64,000 bases of DNA from a virus (IMGVR_UViG_3300043077_000173:46259-110258), one strand, 5' to 3'. Shown: positions 10,546-21,331, counted from the stretch's first letter. Notes: generated by a model from the sequence alone, not told the origin. Translations and numbers: made by a program.

Positions 10546-11556
10546 TTATTGTTTATCAAACCATTCTTTAAACTCTTTTTCAGAAAAGAATTCCAAATAA
10601 TTCAAATTGTTATCTTTAGCTGTTTTTCGCTTTAAAGGATCTCTAATTGACCAATTATTCGCAGCTCGTAAATATTGTGTTTTAGGTTTTCCATTTATTC
10701 CTAATTCCTTAGATTTGTTATACCAATCGCTAATTACTTGCTGATGTTCTTGATTATTTTCATTAAATGGACAATGATATTTTAACGGTCCATGATACCA
10801 ATTTCCTTGATATTCAATGAATAAATCTTTAGATGGTATATAAAAATCACAATTAAATGGATAACGTACATTATCACGATATTGATGTATAGTATCTGAA
10901 AATTTTGTTAATAGCATTTTATATATCCTAAGTTCTTGCTGTGAAGAATTCATAGTTTGATGTTGACGTTTAGTAACATACTCATTATAAACTCTATGGG
11001 TATTAACATCTCTTGTTTTCATATATTGTCTCATTTCTGTACTTTGAGAATAGTTTTCCACCCCATATTTCCTTTTACATGTTTCTTTAGATTTTTCTTT
11101 AACAGATTCTAATTGAAAACTATTATTGACTCCATACTTATTAACCATTATTTGCTCATATTCATCTTTCCACCCCATTTTCTTAGCATATCGTGTAGCT
11201 CCATATTTTTTAAGACACGTTTGGGTAGTTTTATTATTATATTCTTTTGTTTTTGTATAAGAAGTTTCTCCATATTTTTCAAGGCACGTTTGTTTTCTGT
11301 TTTTAACAATACTACTTTTATCTTTCTTAATATTAAATAGCTTTAAATCATTTATTATAACTTTATTACTTAGATTAAATATTTTAGATAAAACAGATTG
11401 ATTGAGATTTAATTCAATATATAAGTATAAAATATCCTCTTTAAATGGTTTTTCATATATTCCATTAATCTTTTTCAAAGGATTTGTTAAATAGTCTCTC
11501 TTTAATTTTGACTTATCAATGTTATAGGTGCTATAAATATCAGTAGATTCATTCAT
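10546..11556 (-). CDS. free-standing putative homing endonuclease (KYG repeats + PD-(D/E)XK-like domain), paralog 1
   Basis: TCLEKYG repeats; YPFNCDFYIPSKDLFIEYQG. Confidence 0.7.
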   Translation of the reverse strand: MNESTDIYSTYNIDKSKLKRDYLTNPLKKINGIYEKPFKEDILYLYIELNLNQSVLSKIFNLSNKVIINDLKLFNIKKDKSSIVKNRKQTCLEKYGETSYTKTKEYNNKTTQTCLKKYGATRYAKKMGWKDEYEQIMVNKYGVNNSFQLESVKEKSKETCKRKYGVENYSQSTEMRQYMKTRDVNTHRVYNEYVTKRQHQTMNSSQQELRIYKMLLTKFSDTIHQYRDNVRYPFNCDFYIPSKDLFIEYQGNWYHGPLKYHCPFNENNQEHQQVISDWYNKSKELGINGKPKTQYLRAANNWSIRDPLKRKTAKDNNLNYLEFFSEKEFKEWFDKQ

Positions 11557-11645
11557 AATTCTTCCTTATGTTTGAGTTTAGAAAGGTGTGAAAATTACAG
11601 TTTTCATGCCTTTTGTTATATCATCATTTGTAAATGATTTCAATT

Positions 11646-11675
11646 AAAAAATCCCCAATTTCTTGGGGATTTTTA
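11646..11675. terminator. intrinsic terminator
   Basis: aaaaatcccca-atttct-tggggattttt. Confidence 0.75.
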
Positions 11676-13583
11676 TTATTTTCCTTTTTTAGCTTCCATT
11701 ATAATTCGACAAGATGTTTTATATGAACAGCCTTCTTTAATAAGTTTTTCAACATATCGTCTATCAAGGCTATCCCAAGCATCTACGTCTTTTTTAGCAT
11801 ACATCTTTTTAGCTGTTTCGTAAATGGATTTAATCTTAGCTTCATTAACGGTTTCTTTACAGGAAATTGTTTGTTTGCTACCCTCACTGGCTTCAGCACC
11901 AAATTCATCAGTAGAAACTTCATGATATTCAGCACCTTCTTCAATATCTTCTCCATCATTACCTTTCTCAATATAAGAAATGTAAATTTTTGTCTGTTCT
12001 GGAGCATATTGTGATCTAGCAGCCTGTACTTTAACGTTATCGCCAAACCGTTTAGCAATCATTTTCTTAATTAATTCAAAAGTATCACCAGAAACTGCTA
12101 CTTTACCTTCGAATACTAAATATACTCTACCGTCTTGTTCTTTTGAATCAACAAAGTCCAATTTTGGGAAATACTTATTCATATATTCATAAATGTCATT
12201 GAAGTCATATTCCTGAATACCGTCTTTGTATACAGTATCTTCACCACCAAACATATCTGGTTGAACTTCTACGGCTTCAGAAACCTCTTTTGGATCACGA
12301 CTACGAACATAATCCATTACCTTCTTGTAAGCAGGAAGTGGATTGTATTCACTGTTTGGTTCTCTATGAGCAAATACCTCTTCACCCTGTTCTTCATAAC
12401 TGTGAAGTAATTTAGATATTTCACCGAAGCTAACACTTTGTGATGCTCCTAAATCAAAACGCTTGTTATCAATGAATAGGATTAAATGTCCATCATTTCT
12501 ACAAACTAACGCATTTTTATTATCTCTTGATACACAAATGTCGTCTGGTTCAGCTCTGTAGTACTGTTTGAATTCATCGCATAGTTCTTCCCAGCTCGAT
12601 TTTTTTGCTGGTTGATATACGGCTTCAGAAACCTCTACACCAGCAGCTCTTAAAGCTTCTTCAATTTGTGCTTCAACGTCTGGACTTAATTCTTCATCAG
12701 CAGATTCTTCGGTAATCTCTTCTGCGAATTTGTCCTGCTGATTTGAGCCTTCTGTATCCGAAGGAATAATTTCTTCTGCTTCGTTTAATTCAACACCAGC
12801 AGCCCTTAAAGCTTCTTCAATTTGAGCTTCATAGTCAACGTCTGTATCTTCATTTTCGTCATACATACCAGCATCCATCATATCATCAATCCCCATTTCA
12901 TCAGCTGACATACCTGCTAGTTCAGGTTCAGCAGGTTCTTCAGCAGATGTCATCTCAACACCAGCAACAGGAGCTTCTGCTGGTAATTCTTCATCAAATG
13001 GAACTTCGTCGTCAAATGCTCCTTCACCACCCATTGCTGGAACTGTTGTATCCATATCCATTGGTGTTCCATCTTCCATGTTCATTGGCTCTGGGATAGC
13101 TTCCATACCATTCATTGGTGTTGCCCCAGTTCCCTCAGCCTGATTGGCTAAATCAAACATTTGAGATAATGCAGCAGCATCTTGTGTTTCTAAACCATTG
13201 ATCGAAACGCTATATTGTGCTTCATTTACGTTATTCATTCCATTCTCCGTAATTACAGGTGTTATTTCTGTCTCCGATGCAGTAATTTCTTCGTTATTGT
13301 CTGTATTCCTCAAAACAATAGCATCCTTGTTGTTAATATTTATTACCTCATACTGTTTTTGACTAGCATCGTTTTTCAAAGTTACAAAAGACCCTTCTTT
13401 TGTTTTAACATCATTGTAACCATGCTTTTCTGTTTCAGCATTTGAATCAATGATTGACATTAATCTATAAGGGTTTACACCATACTTTTTAGCAACGATT
13501 GAAATAGCTTGAGGTTTAGATAAACCATTAGCAATATTTTGCTCAATTTCTTGTTTTATACCTTTTGATTCAGTATCCATCAA
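11676..13583 (-). CDS. acidic low-complexity protein, probable prohead core/internal head protein
   Basis: Very E/D-rich; EAQIEEALRAAGVE twice; many (V/L/I)-x-E-A sites; late motif 13626-13633. Confidence 0.5.
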   Translation of the reverse strand: MMDTESKGIKQEIEQNIANGLSKPQAISIVAKKYGVNPYRLMSIIDSNAETEKHGYNDVKTKEGSFVTLKNDASQKQYEVININNKDAIVLRNTDNNEEITASETEITPVITENGMNNVNEAQYSVSINGLETQDAAALSQMFDLANQAEGTGATPMNGMEAIPEPMNMEDGTPMDMDTTVPAMGGEGAFDDEVPFDEELPAEAPVAGVEMTSAEEPAEPELAGMSADEMGIDDMMDAGMYDENEDTDVDYEAQIEEALRAAGVELNEAEEIIPSDTEGSNQQDKFAEEITEESADEELSPDVEAQIEEALRAAGVEVSEAVYQPAKKSSWEELCDEFKQYYRAEPDDICVSRDNKNALVCRNDGHLILFIDNKRFDLGASQSVSFGEISKLLHSYEEQGEEVFAHREPNSEYNPLPAYKKVMDYVRSRDPKEVSEAVEVQPDMFGGEDTVYKDGIQEYDFNDIYEYMNKYFPKLDFVDSKEQDGRVYLVFEGKVAVSGDTFELIKKMIAKRFGDNVKVQAARSQYAPEQTKIYISYIEKGNDGEDIEEGAEYHEVSTDEFGAEASEGSKQTISCKETVNEAKIKSIYETAKKMYAKKDVDAWDSLDRRYVEKLIKEGCSYKTSCRIIMEAKKGK

Positions 13584-13625
13584 TGATTCCTTAGATCGTT
13601 AAATATTTCACGAAATATCTACGAA

Positions 13626-13657
13626 TATTTATTATGTAACACTCATAAACATAAATA
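13626..13657. promoter_or_regulatory. divergent pair of T4-type late promoters
   Basis: AATAAATA on - strand (13626-13633) and CATAAATA on + strand (13650-13657). Confidence 0.65.
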
Positions 13658-13682
13658 TTTCTATGAAATATCGGAGAAAAAA

Positions 13683-15035
13683 ATGGTTGCAAACGTTAAT
13701 TATTGGTACAACTCTCAAATAAGAACGATAATATTACACGTTTTAAGAATGATGTCAAATTTCTGTGTATCATCTGGAAACGATGCTAATGGAAACCCAG
13801 AACTCACTAGAGTTCCTTGTACGTTTATGTCATCAGATAAGTCTGTATTGAGTATGATTAACAATAATTCAGATACCATTCTACAATCTGTTCCAAAAAT
13901 GGTTTTAACAATCTCAGATTTAAGCCTCAACAATGATAAAATGAGCGGTTCTCCATATATGCCTTATGAATCAGAGTTTAATGAGAAAAAATATGATGAA
14001 GAAACAGGCAATTATGTACATGATTTAGGAAACTGTTATCGTGTAGAACGTTTAAACCCATTACCTATTGGTATAACCTTTAAGCTATACATTTTTACAA
14101 CATTAATTACTCATAAATTACAGCTATTTGAACAAATAAGAATGTTGTTTTCTCCAACAGCCGAATTACAAACATCTGAAAATCCTCTAGATTGGTCAAG
14201 ATTATCCGCACTGGTATTAACAAACGTCAATTATTCATCAAGAGGTACTAATATTGATAGTTCAACATTAGATTCTATGGATTTAACGTTTCAACTTGAT
14301 ACAAATTTAGACGCTCCAGCATTGATTTCAAAATCAACACTTATTGAAAACATTATAACAGAAATAAATGAAGGTAATATTGTCGATGATATATCTTTTG
14401 GTGAAAATCTTGCCAGACAATATCATAGTCCTACAGAAAATAATATAACCGTTCAAAACAACAATGAGCTTATATTATCTCCTTCAAATATTGCTAAAAA
14501 CTGGTATCAATTGATTAAAGCATATCATATGAAATACAATGCTTTATTGTCAGACATTTATGTACATTGTTTAATAAACGTTGATACAAATACAAAAAAG
14601 TCAATATATGGTCCTATAAAGATTGATGAAAAAGATCCAACTAAAGCATATTGGACATATAATGAAGAATCTTTACCTAAAGAGAATTTAGACCCTGTTG
14701 ACGCAATTATTGACCCACATCATTTTAAGCCTCAAAACGTTGAAGGCGAACGTTATATCTTAGATGATTCAATACCAAATAATACAAAACTATGGGGTGA
14801 ATTAAGGGATAGAAACGATAATATTCTTGATAAAATAGATGCCAACAATATTATTCAATACATAAATGGTTATTGGACACTAATGACTGATCCTGTTAAT
14901 GAACCAGCGGTATATTATGTAAGAGATCTATCTGACGCCAAATATCTTTACTCATTCAATACAGATTACAATATTTGGTATGATGTTATCAATAAACGTT
15001 ATAGATCTGGACAATGGAGAATATCGTCTAACTAA
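13683..15035 (+). CDS. tail sheath stabiliser/terminator (gp15-like) with C-terminal extension
   Basis: YWYNSQIR...FxV, RVP, ERLNPLPIGITFKLYIFT, KLQLFEQIRMLFSP. Confidence 0.7.
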   Translation: MVANVNYWYNSQIRTIILHVLRMMSNFCVSSGNDANGNPELTRVPCTFMSSDKSVLSMINNNSDTILQSVPKMVLTISDLSLNNDKMSGSPYMPYESEFNEKKYDEETGNYVHDLGNCYRVERLNPLPIGITFKLYIFTTLITHKLQLFEQIRMLFSPTAELQTSENPLDWSRLSALVLTNVNYSSRGTNIDSSTLDSMDLTFQLDTNLDAPALISKSTLIENIITEINEGNIVDDISFGENLARQYHSPTENNITVQNNNELILSPSNIAKNWYQLIKAYHMKYNALLSDIYVHCLINVDTNTKKSIYGPIKIDEKDPTKAYWTYNEESLPKENLDPVDAIIDPHHFKPQNVEGERYILDDSIPNNTKLWGELRDRNDNILDKIDANNIIQYINGYWTLMTDPVNEPAVYYVRDLSDAKYLYSFNTDYNIWYDVINKRYRSGQWRISSN

Positions 15036-15077
15036 AGAATTAGTAATAAATACCTTTATATGATACATTAAGGAATA

Positions 15078-15632
15078 ATGAAAATGGCTATTGATCTAAA
15101 AAAGATATTGTTTACAATGAAAAAAACATATTCATTTAATATCAAGATTGCTTGTGATGATATAAAAGATTATGATTTTAAATCCTTTGACACAATTATG
15201 GGATTAAAAGGTATGATAAAGCGTACAAATCCAGTCGCTCTACCTCTAGCTTCTGCCCCGTTGGATTTTCCACGTTTAAAAAGCTATTATGGAACAATTT
15301 ACAAATTTGAAGCAGAGTTTGAATATCCTATTTCAGAAAATCAAATCAAAACAGAATTAAGCAATTTATTATGCCTTGATAGAAGCTTTATCATTGTTAG
15401 AACCTCTGAATCTCCTTTAGAACAATATGATGACGATTATCTTAAATACAAAGATGAAGATTATGCTTCCGTTTTATTAGATGATGCTCAAAAAGATTCT
15501 GTAAATCCTAATGACTATTATGGTGACGAATATAATAAATCAATGATTGACGCATTACTTTCTAAAGAAGGTCAAGAAAATCAACAGCATTTCAAAGAAG
15601 TTGATAAAAATACCTATAATGGGCAGAAATAA
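15078..15632 (+). CDS. hypothetical protein
   Basis: KTYSFNIKIA...PLDFP...FEYP; late motif 15045-15052. Confidence 0.55.
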   Translation: MKMAIDLKKILFTMKKTYSFNIKIACDDIKDYDFKSFDTIMGLKGMIKRTNPVALPLASAPLDFPRLKSYYGTIYKFEAEFEYPISENQIKTELSNLLCLDRSFIIVRTSESPLEQYDDDYLKYKDEDYASVLLDDAQKDSVNPNDYYGDEYNKSMIDALLSKEGQENQQHFKEVDKNTYNGQK

Positions 15633-15635
15633 TTC

Positions 15636-15663
15636 AAAAGCGGAGTCATAAAGCTCCGCTTAT
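15636..15663. terminator. bidirectional intrinsic terminator
   Basis: aaagcggag-tcataaag-ctccgcttt between convergent genes. Confidence 0.75.
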
Positions 15664-15666
15664 TTT

Positions 15667-16434
15667 TTAGATAGCTTTTCCTCTTAAAGCACCAACTCTG
15701 TAAGCATTATCATTTTCAGATGCCATTAAAATTCTTTCAGGTAAAAACTTTACCTTAATCGTGTCTTTATACATTGATCTAAATAACGCCGAGAAATAAT
15801 CTACGGAAAAATATGTATTCTCTTTCCAAATATTTGTACCACCAATATTACCAATATTGATTGATCCATTATCTACTGATTGGTTTTCATCACCAAAATA
15901 GATATAGTTATTACCATCTTTAGAGGTTATTCTAAAATATTTCTCATTAGTTAATGAAGATAATCTACAAATATCTTTAACAATATCTTCAGTCAATTCT
16001 CCAGCATTAGATTCTAATGTATGCTGTAAGCCAAACTTTCTTTGGTCAAACTTATCTTTTAAATCTTGTTGATTAACAATAAAGCTATAGTTTTGAAGAA
16101 AATATTTCATCTTCAATCTTCCAGAAGATATATTGAATACTTTAGGGCTACCGCCATCGTCAGTATCTATATCAATCTTTAAAGAAGATTCATCATCTTT
16201 ATTATAAAAAGAACTTATAATGGTGTGAATTGATGACCAATTTCTTAATCCAAACATTTTTGTCGTATATTCTTCTCCCTTATCCTCTACATAAGCATAT
16301 ACTAAATCGTCTGAAGTCTTACACGATATACAACAATGCTCACTAGAAGATGGATATACCACAACAGTTTCAAAATCAAACTTATTAAATAAACTATCTG
16401 CTTCTATAAGTGTCTGTCTTAACATTTTCATCAA
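15667..16434 (-). CDS. probable DNA polymerase sliding clamp (gp45-like)
   Basis: About 250 aa directly after the polymerase; FGLxN...YF..GD pattern; own sigma70-like promoter at 16454-16482. Confidence 0.5.
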   Translation of the reverse strand: MMKMLRQTLIEADSLFNKFDFETVVVYPSSSEHCCISCKTSDDLVYAYVEDKGEEYTTKMFGLRNWSSIHTIISSFYNKDDESSLKIDIDTDDGGSPKVFNISSGRLKMKYFLQNYSFIVNQQDLKDKFDQRKFGLQHTLESNAGELTEDIVKDICRLSSLTNEKYFRITSKDGNNYIYFGDENQSVDNGSINIGNIGGTNIWKENTYFSVDYFSALFRSMYKDTIKVKFLPERILMASENDNAYRVGALRGKAI

Positions 16435-16491
16435 CCCTTTCTTCTATTGGTTTATAATAAAGCTTTCTTTAAAGATTGTCAAGAAGAAAAT

Positions 16492-18324
16492 CTATACATC
16501 AAAGCTTAAAAATCCATCCATATCATCATTGGCTTGTAGAGCTTTATCTATACTTAAATCCCAACCAATTACACCAAAGATTGTATCAATCGTTTTATCA
16601 ACAATGCTGTCTTTCATAGATTGTACATCAAATGGTAATTCTCTAAACCATTTAGGAAATGATGTTAAATCTACCGGATAAGCAATTTTAGTCATTCCAA
16701 ACGGATTATTGGGCTTCAATTTACATACAATAACTTTATTGCCATCAAGAATTTTAGGTGTTTTATTGTCTTGGTTTAATTCAATCATTCGATTCCAATT
16801 GATTGAGGCTAAAACCTGTGATACAGAACATTTTCCAGATTCTTTATAAATTTGTTCATAATAATCTAATTTATTGCATGCTTGTGGCTTACCTTTTTTC
16901 CATTCAGGTAATTTATTCCAATCATTTATAGCAAAATCTCTAACAATATTTAATAAATCCTCTTTTGTACCATCTGTTAAAATCTTTTCAAGCATCTTTT
17001 TAAGCATTACTTTAACTAATTTATGCGTATCACTTCTCTGTGTTTGAATACCCATAATCTTGATTTTTCCAGGTTTACCATGAGTATCTAAACGCCACCC
17101 ATCTTTATCAACCATCATTAAAGCATACCGCTTTTTACCGCAAAATAAGCCTTTTGTAGCAACAACTTCACGTCCAGCTTTCATAATATCTTTAGCATCA
17201 TTTTCACAATGAAACGTTTTTGCCATATAATCTGGATATGTTGTATTAATATGTTCTTCAACCATATTAGAAAACGTTACTAAATTATCTTTTGAATAAT
17301 CAAAATCAGGATGTGCTTCTTTAAACTCTTTACAATCTAGCGACATGTAACAGGAATTATGTACTAATATATTATTTGAGAATTCCCACTGCCGTCTATC
17401 GTCTTTAATACCTATATCATATACATACTCATCCTCAAAGTTTCCAACACACTCACATCGTTTGATTTTGCTTCTAACAATTTTCATTTCCGTAAGTTCA
17501 TCTGTGCTAAAATTACCATTATTATCTAAAACCAATCGACTAAAATGCTCTTTAATTTCTTCTGAATGTTTAATCGTATAAACATCAAAATATTCTTTTA
17601 TTGTGATTAAAATATCTGTATCAATTATTTCTGAAGGTTTAACCTCAATCAATTTCCCATCTCTCTCAACCATACAAGAATGATCTGATGTAACTGTTAT
17701 AATATTACCGTTTTCATCTTCAATCTCCCATTTTGGTTTCGATGTTTTATGACGATATACGTAGTTAATATTATAATATTTTGGTGTATTAGTTATATCA
17801 TCATAGCCTAATACCAAATCATTTGTAAACCCATATTCTTTTCCAGTTCTTTCATCAAAATAATATGATGAACATTTATTATATAAATCTTCAACCGTTT
17901 CTGATATTTCTTTTCCATCACGCATTACTTTCTGAACGGTTGAGCCAATTTTTGAATCAGTGTCACCGCCGCGTAAACAACAACCTTTAGATGTATAAAT
18001 GTTACACATTGCTTCATTTGCCGCCGAACATAAATGTAGCCACGTTAATCTACCACTCATAGTTGTTGATGTACCAAGCCTAAAATCATAAAAAATTGAT
18101 GATGGCTGCAATAAATAGCCATAAAGGCTATTTAATGAAATTTTTTGAACGTATTGTCTAAGGTTGTAAAATTGTTGCCGTTCTTTCAGATAGTTAGCGT
18201 CTTTACTTTCAATAATGTCACCAGATAATACAAGATTGTTTTCTTCCATGAATTGTTTGATAGCTTTCACATCTTTGGAAGCTACTAATTCTTTCAACTT
18301 ATTAAAATCATACTCATTGGCCAT
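16492..18324 (-). CDS. family-B DNA polymerase, C-terminal part (motifs B and C, thumb), intein-containing
   Basis: KISLNSLYG (motif B), GGDTD/S (motif C), KKRYA, KIMGIQTQRSDT. Confidence 0.9.
   Translation of the reverse strand: MANEYDFNKLKELVASKDVKAIKQFMEENNLVLSGDIIESKDANYLKERQQFYNLRQYVQKISLNSLYGYLLQPSSIFYDFRLGTSTTMSGRLTWLHLCSAANEAMCNIYTSKGCCLRGGDTDSKIGSTVQKVMRDGKEISETVEDLYNKCSSYYFDERTGKEYGFTNDLVLGYDDITNTPKYYNINYVYRHKTSKPKWEIEDENGNIITVTSDHSCMVERDGKLIEVKPSEIIDTDILITIKEYFDVYTIKHSEEIKEHFSRLVLDNNGNFSTDELTEMKIVRSKIKRCECVGNFEDEYVYDIGIKDDRRQWEFSNNILVHNSCYMSLDCKEFKEAHPDFDYSKDNLVTFSNMVEEHINTTYPDYMAKTFHCENDAKDIMKAGREVVATKGLFCGKKRYALMMVDKDGWRLDTHGKPGKIKIMGIQTQRSDTHKLVKVMLKKMLEKILTDGTKEDLLNIVRDFAINDWNKLPEWKKGKPQACNKLDYYEQIYKESGKCSVSQVLASINWNRMIELNQDNKTPKILDGNKVIVCKLKPNNPFGMTKIAYPVDLTSFPKWFRELPFDVQSMKDSIVDKTIDTIFGVIGWDLSIDKALQANDDMDGFLSFDV
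17356..17955 (-). mobile_element. 200-aa mini-intein in polymerase motif C
   Basis: Begins at Ser after DTD; block B TVTSDHS, block F YVYDI, ends ILVHN followed by Ser; no LAGLIDADG domain. Confidence 0.9.
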
Positions 18325-19594
18325 ATTTTTCTCTCATCTTATCTGATACGTACAACTTTATCTCATCTTTAGTCATTATATCCTTATACCGAATAAATGT
18401 CAAGGGTAAAATATCAGACCATAATTTTCCATTATACATTTTTAAACATTTATTAATATCACCATGTGTTGATCGTATATTAATCACCGCTGTAGGATAT
18501 TCTAAAAACACCCTACTGATTGATGTTCCTATTTTATCTGGTATATGAATATTATAGTTTTCTTCCATATATTCATTAAAAATATCTATATTAAAAAAAT
18601 ACATATTATCTTGTAATATTACAATATTATCTTGAATTGATGTTTTAAATTGTTTCACAGGAGAAATAATTTGATATTCTAAATCTTGAGTTCCTTTTTT
18701 AATCATTTTAACTGTATTATCTCGAATATCATAACACCGCACATTCTCATTTATTTTATCAAACCCAACAAAATTACCTTTTTTCTGCCTATGTTTAATA
18801 AAGCCTTCTGGAAGTTCTTCATAATTATATTGTCTTCTGGTTTCTCCAGTTGTAGGATTATAAATGTATGTTAAATTCTTTATAGATTTTGATAAAGATT
18901 CTCGATGTTTTTCAGGTAATCCGTATGTATAACCATCTGGACATTCTTCAGCATAAACTGTGTTACCATCTTTATCATAAAATGAATGTAATCCTTTAAT
19001 ACCATTCTCAGACATTTTTTGTTTAGTTTCTTCTTTATGTTTATATCCAACTCTATAATATACATATTCACCTGAAACATACTTTGGATCATCAACAGTT
19101 GTTTGAAAAATCTTCCCGTCCTTATCTTTAACCACAACTTTATTCTTAAAAAGTTTGGATGTTCGTTCTTTTGATTCTTCTGAATGCTTTCTTCCACTAT
19201 TAGTTTCAGAAATAATTTTAGCAACTGCTAATCTAAATTGTTCATAATCTTCCGCATATTTTTCAAAATATTCTTCAACAGAACTTAATTGAAAATTAGG
19301 ATTATATTTTCCTCTATTCAGCATCATATTAAAAGAAAATATCACAGAACGTTGATGTTTAAACGCTTTATATAATAAATGATGTGATCTTAAATGATCT
19401 TTTGCTAGCAGTCTAACAATATTATCTTTATTTTTAACAAGCTCTGGAAATAACGCTCGTGGGTATATATGATGTCGCTCACAATATCCTTCATAGTCTT
19501 TAGGTAAAGCATGTTCTTTAATAAATTCCAGATAATTTAACCATTCATTTTCATCAATTTCGTATCTTTCTTTTACTTCATTTAGGCTAATCAT
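18314..19594 (-). CDS. HNH homing endonuclease (MobE-like, NUMOD3-like motifs) lying between the polymerase halves
   Basis: YCERHHIYPR...NIVRL..KDHLRSHHLL; GRKHSEESKE. Confidence 0.8.
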   Translation of the reverse strand: MISLNEVKERYEIDENEWLNYLEFIKEHALPKDYEGYCERHHIYPRALFPELVKNKDNIVRLLAKDHLRSHHLLYKAFKHQRSVIFSFNMMLNRGKYNPNFQLSSVEEYFEKYAEDYEQFRLAVAKIISETNSGRKHSEESKERTSKLFKNKVVVKDKDGKIFQTTVDDPKYVSGEYVYYRVGYKHKEETKQKMSENGIKGLHSFYDKDGNTVYAEECPDGYTYGLPEKHRESLSKSIKNLTYIYNPTTGETRRQYNYEELPEGFIKHRQKKGNFVGFDKINENVRCYDIRDNTVKMIKKGTQDLEYQIISPVKQFKTSIQDNIVILQDNMYFFNIDIFNEYMEENYNIHIPDKIGTSISRVFLEYPTAVINIRSTHGDINKCLKMYNGKLWSDILPLTFIRYKDIMTKDEIKLYVSDKMREKYGQ

Positions 19595-19630
19595 AATAAA
19601 CTCCAGTTATGGATCTCTTGTTCATTATAT

Positions 19631-21331
19631 TTACTCTTTCAAAACCTCTTGTAATTGTTTCAATAATTCTTCATCATCAATCTTTAAACCATTAGCCATA
19701 TCTTCATACTTTGCCATTTCTTTCTTAAAGCCTTTACGACGAGAATACCATTTAGTTAATATTTGATTAATAATACCAACTTTATCAGTTCTATATATTG
19801 TACCAGCTCCAGATAATGTTAAATTACTACCATCTTTAAAAATAAGGTTATACAAATCTTTAGCACTAATATCAGCGGATTGACCAGTTTCAAAATCAAC
19901 AGTCAGCATTACATCCGATTTTTTCATTACCTCTTGGTATTCCAAAACACCCCACATATCATCACCTGCCCAAGCAGAACCCCATTTAGGAATGCGTTTA
20001 GAAATGTTTTCCCATAAACCATTTTCCTCAATTTTTTTATACAAATAAGGAATCGTCATTGAAAGCCTAATTTGCCCAACAATTGTTTCAGGGGACATAT
20101 TCAATGATCTTAACACTGAAGGATATAGTGAGTTTAAGTCAAAGCTCATAATATTTGTACAAAAACCTACAATCGGTGTTGGAACGAAAGCTCCTGGTGG
20201 AATAATACCTTTATATTTGTCGTTTTTTGTTTCATCTCTATCTGGAACAATTTCGTTTCTCGCATGAATCTCATTTACAACCATTTGGTTCATAAAAGCA
20301 ACTGTACCCATTGTCGCTTCAAGAGAACATGTCGCTTCGTGGGCTTGTTGATTATGAATATAGATGTATTTCAACTTATCTTCAAGCTTCTTAACAAGCA
20401 TTGTATCTTGACGGTTATATTTAATAAAATCTTCATACCTTTGTCTATACATATCGTCTAACGATTCATCGTGTTCAACTTTGTTTTCGCCAAGTTCTAG
20501 CTCCGCAATAGAATCTAACTTATACGATTCTTTCTTACCTTGTTCGTGTTTCTTATACAATTCAAGATAATCAGAAAACCATTTACCATAAAACTCATAT
20601 ATTAAATCAATTGAACCAAAATCGTTTTTCTTTTGCTTTTCTTTAGGCGGAATATTCCATAGACATAACCGTTTAGATTGACCTTCGCCTAAAATGTTTT
20701 CAATTCTTCTAACAATATAAGGGAAGTCAAATCGACTGGAGTTGAACCCACAAGTTACATCAGCATCATCTAATAAAGCAATTATACCATTTAATAATTG
20801 TTTTTCATCTTCGAAAAGAAATGTTTTATCAAACTTTTCACAAATGATTTGAGCTTCATCATGTGTTAAGTTTTCAGGACGCAACATTAAAGTGTATAAA
20901 GAATCTTGCCAATCATTATAAATGGATATGGCATTAATTGGACAACAAGCTTTATCAACCAATTCTTTAACCGTAAGGTATTCATAACCTTTTCTGTCAA
21001 CTTCAATATCAATGAATGATGTATGTAATTTAGGAGCTTCTTGACCATTAAAATATTTGTACAATACTTTATTAGGCAAATTAAAGTTAAGCTCGTATGT
21101 CTTAATACCTTTAGCCTTACATTCTTCACTAATCTTTTTAGCCATAAAGGGTTGCTTATACGTTATCTTCTTTAAACGTTTACCATCATACCCTTCATAA
21201 TAACCATTTTCATCAGGTACATAATATTCAAGAATTAATGGAAAATCTTCACATATACGTTTTCCGTTAATGCGTTCAGATACCTTTAAAACACAGTTTT
21301 TATTATCTTGATAGTACCCAACATAAGACAT
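19631..21331 (-). CDS. family-B DNA polymerase, N-terminal part (3'-5' exonuclease, motif A, start of fingers)
   Basis: FIDIEVD, GFNSSRFDFPY, YNRQDT, SFDLNSLYPS, KWYSRRK. Confidence 0.9.
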   Translation of the reverse strand: MSYVGYYQDNKNCVLKVSERINGKRICEDFPLILEYYVPDENGYYEGYDGKRLKKITYKQPFMAKKISEECKAKGIKTYELNFNLPNKVLYKYFNGQEAPKLHTSFIDIEVDRKGYEYLTVKELVDKACCPINAISIYNDWQDSLYTLMLRPENLTHDEAQIICEKFDKTFLFEDEKQLLNGIIALLDDADVTCGFNSSRFDFPYIVRRIENILGEGQSKRLCLWNIPPKEKQKKNDFGSIDLIYEFYGKWFSDYLELYKKHEQGKKESYKLDSIAELELGENKVEHDESLDDMYRQRYEDFIKYNRQDTMLVKKLEDKLKYIYIHNQQAHEATCSLEATMGTVAFMNQMVVNEIHARNEIVPDRDETKNDKYKGIIPPGAFVPTPIVGFCTNIMSFDLNSLYPSVLRSLNMSPETIVGQIRLSMTIPYLYKKIEENGLWENISKRIPKWGSAWAGDDMWGVLEYQEVMKKSDVMLTVDFETGQSADISAKDLYNLIFKDGSNLTLSGAGTIYRTDKVGIINQILTKWYSRRKGFKKEMAKYEDMANGLKIDDEELLKQLQEVLKE

